This document shows, in pieces, positions 57,081 through 64,000 of a stretch of DNA of 64,000 bases. The notes under the pieces were generated by a model. The model did not search any database. It was not told where the DNA came from and saw only the letters and a list, made by a program, of their open reading frames with translations. The DNA is from an uncultured delta proteobacterium (lineage in GTDB: Bacteria; Myxococcota_A; Polyangia; Polyangiales; B10-G4). The position numbers and the translations under genes were made by a program. Position 1 is the stretch's first letter, and every line of letters starts with the position of its first letter. The DNA is taken from positions 384,001-448,000 of the forward strand of contig CAVSGI010000020.1 in the NCBI GenBank assembly GCA_963727445.1, given 5' to 3'.

Positions 57081-59135
57081 ATGCGTCGGGTTTCACCGTT
57101 CGCTGCCCTCCTCTGGCTGGTCGCTTGTGGCGACGACGGCGAAATGCCGATCGACGGGGCCGTGGCCGCGGACGCCGATGCCGGAGCGGGGGCGGTCGCG
57201 GCACCGGAGATCGATTGGGCTGCGGACGGCGTACCGCCCATCGCGATCGCGCCCTGCCCCGATGGGTGGCGCGAGACGATGGAAAGTGGGGTCGCCGTAT
57301 GCGATCCGTACCCCGCGAGCGGAATGGAGACCTGCGGCGCTGGCGAGGCACACTTCCCCGGCGAGGAAGGCTGCCGGCCGATCGGTGACCCCTGCCCGAC
57401 CGGTGACTACGCGGCCGATCTCCCGGCGGATGGCTCAGTCGTCTACGTAAACGCTTCGGTTGCTCCAGGCGGCGACGGAACCATCGCGACGCCCTTCGCG
57501 ACGCTCGGGGACGTGGCCGGGAGCGGGCTCACCGCCGGAACGACCGTGGCTCTCGCCAAAGGGACGTACGAAGGGACTCTCTCGCTGCGCGCGGGCGTTC
57601 GCGTCGTCGGAGCCTGCGTGGCCGAGACGATCGTGACGGGCGTTGCGGCACCGGTTCCCTCCGTCGTCTCCATCACGAACGCGGGTCCGGGAGCGACCTT
57701 GCGAAACGTGACTATCGCCGACGCGTCGCAATGGGGCGTTCACGTGACGTCGGGCCGGTCTTTGACGCTCGAGGGCGTGCTCGTGGACGGGGTGAGCGGC
57801 TTCGGTGTGTTCACGCAGAACCCCGACAGCAGCGTCACCGCGACCGACGTCGTGATCCGAGCGCCTCATCCCTCCGGGATGGAGCCGGGGCGCGCGCTTC
57901 AGATCCAATCCGGATCGCGCTTCGACGGCACGAAGGTCGTGATCGAGCAGAGCACGGACTCGGGTGCCTTTGCCGGCGGCATGGGTGCCACGATCGTGCT
58001 CGTCGACAGCGTCGTGCAGGGCACTCTGACGGTGACGGGCGGTTTGGCGGGGGAGGGATTGAGGGTCCAGGAGGGTGCGCACGTCGAGGCGACCCGCGTC
58101 CTGATCGCCGACAACCACAAAGCTGGCGTGAAGCTCGATGATCCCGGCACGACGGCTCGCTTCGAGCAGGTGATCGTTCGCGACACCGCGACCGGGAGCG
58201 GGGTGGGGCGAGGCATCAACGTCCAGTCCGGCGCGCGACTCGACGCGTCGGGTCTGGTGATCGCCCAAAACCACGACACCGCGCTCTTCGTCGCGGGAGA
58301 GGGCACCGAAGCGGTCGTAGACGATCTCGTCATCGCCGACTCCACCGGGATCATCGGGGTGGACGGCCCTCACGTCCAAGCGGCGCGTGTGCTGGTGGCA
58401 CGGGCGGAGGGTGTCGGCGTGCTCTCGTACAGTCCCGGTACGGTGCTCGATCTCTCCGATGCGCTCATCCTCGACACGCGTGCGTTTTCCTCCGATGGGG
58501 CGAACGGGCGCGGCCTGGGTGCGGACAGCGGCGGACAGGTTGTCGCGTCACGCGTTCGCGTCGATGGAGCGCGTGAGCTCGGTGTTTACGCCAGCCGAGA
58601 GGGATCGTCGTTGGAGCTGACCGACTTCGAGGTGGCCCACATCACCGGGCTCGAGGTGGACCTCAGCTACGGATATGGGCTCGGGGTCGAGGGAGGCGCC
58701 CGCGTGACGGGCCAGCGCGTGAGCGTGGACGACGTCCACGAGCTGGGCGTCAGCTCCTTCAGCCAGGGCACGATCGAGCTTCGCGACGTGTCCATCACGA
58801 ACGTGCACACCACCGCCTGCAGCTGCCCGCGGCCGACGGGCTACGCGGCCGCAGCGACGAACGCTGCGCTGCGCCTCACGGGCTTTCGGATCAGCGACGC
58901 GGAGACATGCGGTCTCTTCGTAGGCACCGAGCTCATGGCTTCGGGCGTCGCGGCGCTCGACGCCGAGTCCGGTGTCGTCGAAGGCACGGCCATCGGGGCA
59001 TGCATCCAGGTCGAGGGCTACGACCTCACGCGCGTTCAGACCGGCGTCGTCTTCCGGGACAACGGAACGAACCTCGACGCCACCTCCCTACCTGTCCCGT
59101 CGGCGAGCGACGTCACCATCGACCCGACGCCCTGA
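57081..59135 (+). CDS. Right-handed parallel beta-helix repeat lipoprotein
   Basis: LVAC; YV..GDGT..PF; L..GTY; repeated G.G..V..G..D.VI motifs. Confidence 0.85.
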   Translation: MRRVSPFAALLWLVACGDDGEMPIDGAVAADADAGAGAVAAPEIDWAADGVPPIAIAPCPDGWRETMESGVAVCDPYPASGMETCGAGEAHFPGEEGCRPIGDPCPTGDYAADLPADGSVVYVNASVAPGGDGTIATPFATLGDVAGSGLTAGTTVALAKGTYEGTLSLRAGVRVVGACVAETIVTGVAAPVPSVVSITNAGPGATLRNVTIADASQWGVHVTSGRSLTLEGVLVDGVSGFGVFTQNPDSSVTATDVVIRAPHPSGMEPGRALQIQSGSRFDGTKVVIEQSTDSGAFAGGMGATIVLVDSVVQGTLTVTGGLAGEGLRVQEGAHVEATRVLIADNHKAGVKLDDPGTTARFEQVIVRDTATGSGVGRGINVQSGARLDASGLVIAQNHDTALFVAGEGTEAVVDDLVIADSTGIIGVDGPHVQAARVLVARAEGVGVLSYSPGTVLDLSDALILDTRAFSSDGANGRGLGADSGGQVVASRVRVDGARELGVYASREGSSLELTDFEVAHITGLEVDLSYGYGLGVEGGARVTGQRVSVDDVHELGVSSFSQGTIELRDVSITNVHTTACSCPRPTGYAAAATNAALRLTGFRISDAETCGLFVGTELMASGVAALDAESGVVEGTAIGACIQVEGYDLTRVQTGVVFRDNGTNLDATSLPVPSASDVTIDPTP

Positions 59136-59186
59136 GGGCCGCAGCAGATGCTCGCGAAGGGCCGTTGGATCGGTTCTAATGAGATC

Positions 59187-60992
59187 ATGGCGCTTCGATT
59201 GGGGCTTTTCACGCTGCTCGTCGTGATGGGCTCGGGCGCATGTGGAAGCTCCTCGACCGACGATACGACCGGTGTTCGGGTCTGGTTCGAGGCGGAACCG
59301 ACGCTCACGACGCGCGCGGCGTCGCTCCGCGTCCGCATCACCGACACGGAGGGCGCCGTACGCGACGACGCCGTGGGCCTGGCGGCGCGGCGGCTGCCCC
59401 TCGCCATCGACCTGCGCCCGCGCGGCGGTGATCCGGCGCGCCGCTTTTCGGTCGAGGCATCTCTTCTCGACGGATCTGACGCCGAGATCGCGCGGCAGCG
59501 CGTCGTGGGCGGCTACATCGCGGGCGAGGTCCGCGAGATACGAGTCTTCTTCCGCGACGATTGTGAAAGCGTTCTCTGCGCGGATCCGCTGACCTGCGTC
59601 GCGGGTGCGTGCGCCGACGCCGCTTGTTACGGAACCGGCACGACGCCCGCGCCGTGCACCAGCGCTCCAGACGCGGGGGCGGACGCCGGGGGTTGCGACC
59701 CGGCCGAGCCCCCGGTGTGCGACGCCACCACCCTGACCCTCTGCGAGGACGGCGCACTGCGAGAGGTGGCGTGCCCGCTGGGCTGCGCGACCGACGAAGC
59801 ATGCACGTTGCCGATCCCGAGCAACACACCCGACGCGTCCCTCGACGAGAGCGTCGCCGAGCTCCGCGTACCGCGCGGCGAGAGCTGGGTCATCGACACC
59901 GGTGACGGATCGATCGACGCGTGGGTTGGCGTCGTCGAAGGCGAGCCCTCGCGGTCCATCCGGACTCCGGTCATGGGTGATGATGGCGCCGGTCTCGTTT
60001 TCCGGCTGGCGCCGACCCCCTTGGCCCCGGGGACGACCGGATCCTACGGCGTGCTCAGCGTCGGCCGCCTGGTCGTCGAGGAGGGGGCGACGCTGCAGGG
60101 CGTCGGGCCTCATCCGTTGATCGTGCTGGTCGCGACCGAGGCCGTGATCGACGGCACGCTCAGCGTCGCCGCGAGTCGGCTGGCGGAGCTGGCCCCGGGG
60201 GCTGGAGGGTTCCCGGGAGGGGTGGGCGCGGGCGGCGACGGGCCGGGCGGAGGCGGTCATGGAGAGGTGGGCGATCCGTACAACCGCAGCGGCGGCGGCG
60301 GGGGTGGCTTCGGCTCTTCGGGCGCCGACGGTGGCGATGGAAGGAATCCCGATCCGATGACCCCGAGCACGGGAGGCGCGGGAGGCACGACCTACGGCGA
60401 AGAGACGCTTTCGCCGCTCGTCGGAGGCTCCGGGGGCGGGAGCGCAGGAGGGTCGGGAAGCTCTGCAGGCGAGGGCGGCCACGGCGGTGGAGCGCTCCAG
60501 GTCACGGCCGGATGGCTCATCGCCGTTCGGGGCCCGAGCTCGGGCGCCTCTGGCATCGTCGACGCATCCGGCGGCGGCGGCTACGGTCGACGTCTCGGTG
60601 GAGGTGGCGGTGGATCGGGCGGCGCCATTCTCCTCGAGGCACCGATCGTGCGCATCGATGGGATCGTCGGGAGCAACGGGGGCGCGGGAGCACCCGGCGA
60701 CGTCAACGTCTCAGACGGCGTTTGCGACGGGGACTACGGTCTCGCGGCGAATGGACGCGCCGAACGCGTTCCGGCGCCCGGCGTGGAGCTCATGGCTGGC
60801 TGTACCGGCGACGGCGGCGACGGAAGTGATCTGGATGGTGTGGCGGGGGAAGGGGGTCGCGGCCGCGATGGTGGCGGAGGTGGCGGCGGTGCAGGCCGCA
60901 TCCGGGTCAACACGGCGGCCGGGACCGAGACCTACGACATGGGCGTCGTGCCGGGCGTGCTCACCACGGTCGGAACCATCAGCTCCCCTTGA
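59187..60992 (+). CDS. Lipoprotein with Cys-rich linker and glycine-rich C-terminal domain
   Basis: SGAC lipobox; GGSGGG..GGHGGGALQ..GGGGGSGGAILLEAP; GGGGGGAGRIRVN. Confidence 0.8.
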   Translation: MALRLGLFTLLVVMGSGACGSSSTDDTTGVRVWFEAEPTLTTRAASLRVRITDTEGAVRDDAVGLAARRLPLAIDLRPRGGDPARRFSVEASLLDGSDAEIARQRVVGGYIAGEVREIRVFFRDDCESVLCADPLTCVAGACADAACYGTGTTPAPCTSAPDAGADAGGCDPAEPPVCDATTLTLCEDGALREVACPLGCATDEACTLPIPSNTPDASLDESVAELRVPRGESWVIDTGDGSIDAWVGVVEGEPSRSIRTPVMGDDGAGLVFRLAPTPLAPGTTGSYGVLSVGRLVVEEGATLQGVGPHPLIVLVATEAVIDGTLSVAASRLAELAPGAGGFPGGVGAGGDGPGGGGHGEVGDPYNRSGGGGGGFGSSGADGGDGRNPDPMTPSTGGAGGTTYGEETLSPLVGGSGGGSAGGSGSSAGEGGHGGGALQVTAGWLIAVRGPSSGASGIVDASGGGGYGRRLGGGGGGSGGAILLEAPIVRIDGIVGSNGGAGAPGDVNVSDGVCDGDYGLAANGRAERVPAPGVELMAGCTGDGGDGSDLDGVAGEGGRGRDGGGGGGGAGRIRVNTAAGTETYDMGVVPGVLTTVGTISSP

Positions 60993-60995
60993 GCT

Positions 60996-62636
60996 TCAGA
61001 AGTGCGTGGTCGGCTCCGAGAACGTCGTGTCTTCGATGCGATACTCGAGGCCTCGCCCGCGTCGTCGTGCGAGGACGGCACCCTCTTCAGTGAGCTGTTG
61101 GAGCGCCGTCTGCACCGTTCGGAGCGGGATGGAGAGCGCACGGGCCGCGTTCTTCGCGTCGCCGGCGCCGCGCCTGGCGAGCAACCGTAGGACGAGGTCC
61201 TCGAGCGGCTGCTCGCAGCGCGGATCGGGGACGAGAAGCGGCTCGTGCAGCGCCAGCCGCAGCTGATCGTCCTCGCGATCGATCACGGCGAGGCCCTCGA
61301 GTCTCGCGCGCGTCCGATGCAGAAGCACGTTGAAGACGTTCTTGTGCGTCGACGCGACGTATTCGAATCCGTACACGGTTCGGAAGAGCTCTCGAAGCGG
61401 CAGGCCCTGGGGGCCGGCGAGGGCGAGCGCCGCGACGAGGGTCTCGGATCGGCCCGGAAGCCCGCTCTGTGGCGTGACGCGGACGACCTCCGGGCCGACG
61501 AGCTCCTCGCCGCGCGGCGCGAGGCGTCGCGCTGCGCCGCTCAGCGGTGCGTACACCCATGCAGCTCTCGCCTGGCCCGGAGAGTCGGCGTCGAGATGGG
61601 TGCACAGGCCACAGAGGGCGGGGGGCGGACGCAGGGACTCGCCCATGCACCACTGTCGGGTCGGCGTATTCCCCACCGAGCGGAGGTCCGAGCGGGGATC
61701 GATGGCGGCGAGCGCCGATTCGAGATCGGTTGCGAAGGGAGCGAATCGTCCGACGGCCGCGCGCGCCGTCTCGATGTGGGGATCGAGCGCAGCGCAATCC
61801 GTGGCGGCGCCCTCGATGATCTGACCGAGCGAAGACGCCGCCACGCGCGCCCAGTCGACCAGGCCGTCACCCGGGTCCACGTCGAGCGCGAGCTCCGGCG
61901 GCTTTCCGCCTCCCGCCATCCGCAGCTCCCACGCGATGAAGCCGTGCCAGGGGGAGGGAACGACGCGCGCGAGGGCGCCGAGGATACGAGTCGACAAGTG
62001 CGGACGGTGGGTGAGTCGGCGAAGCCGCGCGAGGACTGCGTTGGCGAGGTACTCCCACTGGGGAAACGCCTCGGTTCGCGCCATGCGGCTCGCGCGCCGG
62101 GCGGCGGAGATGGCCCGGCCCGGATCGCGCGACGAGATGGCGAGGGCCCTCAGGCTCGCCGCCTCGAGGACGCCCGTCGGGAGTCGATACCGCGCCGCGT
62201 CTTCTTGAAGAGACTCTGTTCGGGCCGAGGCGGCTTCCTCGTCTCCCGCCGCGATCGCGAGCCACGACTCCATCACATCGCACCAGAAAGTCGCCTCGCC
62301 CGGTTCGAGCCCCGCACGAAAACGACGGGCTAGTAGGGCGTGTCGCTCGAGGGCGTCCACATCGAGCCGGAGAAGCGCCGCCTTCGACGATTGTCCGAGG
62401 GCCAGGAGCGCGACCGACCGAACGGCCGGGTCCTTCGTGTCGAGTGCGCGTGTGAGGGAGGCCTCTGACGGCAGGGTGCTCGGGAGGCCTGCGTGCCACC
62501 TCTGGGCTTCGAGCACCAGGCGCCATGCGTCGCCCATCGCATCGTCGGCCAACACCAACGCTCCGCCCGCGCGAAAGTCTCCGCGCCAGCCATCCACGTA
62601 CGCGCTGCGCGCGCTCTGGGCCGCGGAGGAGCTCAC
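60996..62636 (-). CDS. Hypothetical helical protein with two C-terminal winged-helix-like regions (possible regulator)
   Basis: ELFRTVYGFEY..VLLHRTR; AKNAARALSIPLRTVQTALQQL..G..Y; start uncertain. Confidence 0.65.
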   Translation of the reverse strand: MSSSAAQSARSAYVDGWRGDFRAGGALVLADDAMGDAWRLVLEAQRWHAGLPSTLPSEASLTRALDTKDPAVRSVALLALGQSSKAALLRLDVDALERHALLARRFRAGLEPGEATFWCDVMESWLAIAAGDEEAASARTESLQEDAARYRLPTGVLEAASLRALAISSRDPGRAISAARRASRMARTEAFPQWEYLANAVLARLRRLTHRPHLSTRILGALARVVPSPWHGFIAWELRMAGGGKPPELALDVDPGDGLVDWARVAASSLGQIIEGAATDCAALDPHIETARAAVGRFAPFATDLESALAAIDPRSDLRSVGNTPTRQWCMGESLRPPPALCGLCTHLDADSPGQARAAWVYAPLSGAARRLAPRGEELVGPEVVRVTPQSGLPGRSETLVAALALAGPQGLPLRELFRTVYGFEYVASTHKNVFNVLLHRTRARLEGLAVIDREDDQLRLALHEPLLVPDPRCEQPLEDLVLRLLARRGAGDAKNAARALSIPLRTVQTALQQLTEEGAVLARRRGRGLEYRIEDTTFSEPTTHF

Positions 62637-62664
62637 GGTCGGCGAGTTGACAGAGGGCTGCGGA

Positions 62665-63411
62665 TCATGGGAAGCGCAACGTTTCGTAAGCGCCGACGAC
62701 CCGTGGATCCTGGGCGTCGTTCTGGGTGACCACCACGACGACGGCGATGATCGCAGCCACCGCCAGAACGGCCGCCACGCCACCCAGCACCCAGCCCGTC
62801 GGAAAGGAGCTCTCCTCGTCCTCCGAGTCCGCGGGCGCGAGCTCGGGCGCGCGCGTCAGCGCGATCGCGAGATCCCGGAGCTCCCCGCTCGCGACGGTGA
62901 CGCGTTCCCTCCGTGCCGACCAGCCGTCGGCGGCTACGCGCACCATGTGCTCACCGGCGGCGATGGGCACGTCGAGGGGCGCGGATCCGCGGCTCGTTCC
63001 CACCACCTCGCCGTCCACTTCCACGCTCGTTCGATTTGGACCACTGACCCGGAGCCTCAGCGTCGCGAGCTCTGCGACCGCGAGCTCGAGCTGCGCCTCG
63101 ACGTCGCGCCGGCGCGCCGGGTCGAGCTCGCCATGACGACCCGAGAGCAGCTCCCGCAAGAGCTCGATCGCACGAGGAACCTCGCCGGTTCGACGCAGCG
63201 CGATGGCCAGGTTCATATAGGTCGCGAAGCGGGGGCAGACGCGCGAAGACTCGTCGAGCAGATCGCGCCCGAGGGCGGCGCGCCCCTCGCCGAGCGCCTC
63301 GATGGCGCGATCGAAGAGCTCACGGCCTCGCTCGCAATCCTGCGCCGCCGCGACGTGGGATGTCGTCACCATGGCGAGAGTCATCGCGGCGACCAGCAGC
63401 CTCGTGGTCAC
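62665..63411 (-). CDS. TPR + PEGA domain protein with C-terminal TM
   Basis: Signal peptide; TPR-like helices; VEVDGEVVG..AGEHMVRVAADG; W-rich TM. Confidence 0.82.
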   Translation of the reverse strand: MTTRLLVAAMTLAMVTTSHVAAAQDCERGRELFDRAIEALGEGRAALGRDLLDESSRVCPRFATYMNLAIALRRTGEVPRAIELLRELLSGRHGELDPARRRDVEAQLELAVAELATLRLRVSGPNRTSVEVDGEVVGTSRGSAPLDVPIAAGEHMVRVAADGWSARRERVTVASGELRDLAIALTRAPELAPADSEDEESSFPTGWVLGGVAAVLAVAAIIAVVVVVTQNDAQDPRVVGAYETLRFP

Positions 63412-64000
63412 TGCCCCCATCCGTAGAGCTCTCCCTCCGCCGCCGATTGCGTGGGCGCGGCGGGATTCGAACGCATGCGCTGGGCGCGCCCGTGACGTCG
63501 ACGCCGACGCCTGACCTCCGACGCGCTTTCGGTGGGCTGCGCCGCGGACACGGGCTCGTCTGCGGAGGGCTCGGGGGTCGCCGCCGCCTGACGCGTCTCG
63601 GGCTCGGTCGTCTCGCGCGGTGCCGTGGTGGTGGGGGGGGCCGTGGAGACCGGCTCTACCGGCGGAGGCTCGAGCTCCTGCTCCGGCGCGTCGTCGGGGC
63701 TGGGCTGCATGAGCCACATGGTCAGCGCCACCGCGACGGCGGCGGTGGCCGCCGAGACCAGCGCCAGCCCCATCGTGCGTCGGCCGCCGAGGCGCGTGAT
63801 CTTCGTCGGCTCGGACGCCGCATCCAACGCGGCGAGCGAGACCGCGCCTGTCAGCGGCTTGTTGAACCGCGTGCGGATCTGCTCGAGCTCGGCTTCCTGG
63901 GCACGCTTCTGCTCGCCGAAATGCTGGTCGAGGAAATCCCCCAGCGACAGATGCGATTCGTCGATCGCCTGGAGGGCCAGGACCTCGTCGAGGATCCGAA
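63408..64000 (-). CDS. C-terminal part of a probable membrane Ser/Thr protein kinase (truncated by the window end)
   Basis: Open frame LGDFLDQHFGEQKRAQE + TM + Pro/Glu/Thr tail, directly upstream of a TPR/PEGA gene; kinase domain not visible. Confidence 0.55.
   Translation of the reverse strand, partial: RILDEVLALQAIDESHLSLGDFLDQHFGEQKRAQEAELEQIRTRFNKPLTGAVSLAALDAASEPTKITRLGGRRTMGLALVSAATAAVAVALTMWLMQPSPDDAPEQELEPPPVEPVSTAPPTTTAPRETTEPETRQAAATPEPSADEPVSAAQPTESASEVRRRRRRHGRAQRMRSNPAAPTQSAAEGELYGWGQ

Overview
Very GC-rich, gene-dense bacterial DNA that looks like Myxococcota (Polyangiales/Sandaracinaceae-like). This is inferred from a MYXO-CTERM-type tail, a Myxococcus Cys-rich repeat, VWA lipoproteins, PEGA/TPR proteins and sigma54 activators. 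About 57 CDS are supported, covering signalling (two hybrid kinases, a standalone cyclase, a FIST protein), transport (OPT, NhaC, MATE, NCS2), polyamine and methionine salvage (speE, mtnB, mtnD), lipid enzymes and many surface lipoproteins. No rRNA, tRNA, CRISPR array or transposase was seen. Highlights: (1) a four-gene atypical phosphorelay at 21546-25487, made of a TPR-like sensor kinase, two related non-canonical receivers, a standalone H-box protein and a sigma54 activator with a Cys/His insert, followed by a strong sigma54 promoter; (2) a 162-bp palindromic MITE inserted in frame in a methyltransferase, adding 54 aa; (3) a 457-bp nested inverted-repeat element at 20584-21040; (4) a pervasive leaderless-promoter signature (TANNNT 6-8 nt before about 15 starts); (5) a surface-anchored pentaheme cytochrome. 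Three genes (OPT, FIST, NCS2) are frameshifted, most likely by sequencing indels. Family assignments come from motif recognition, not database searches.
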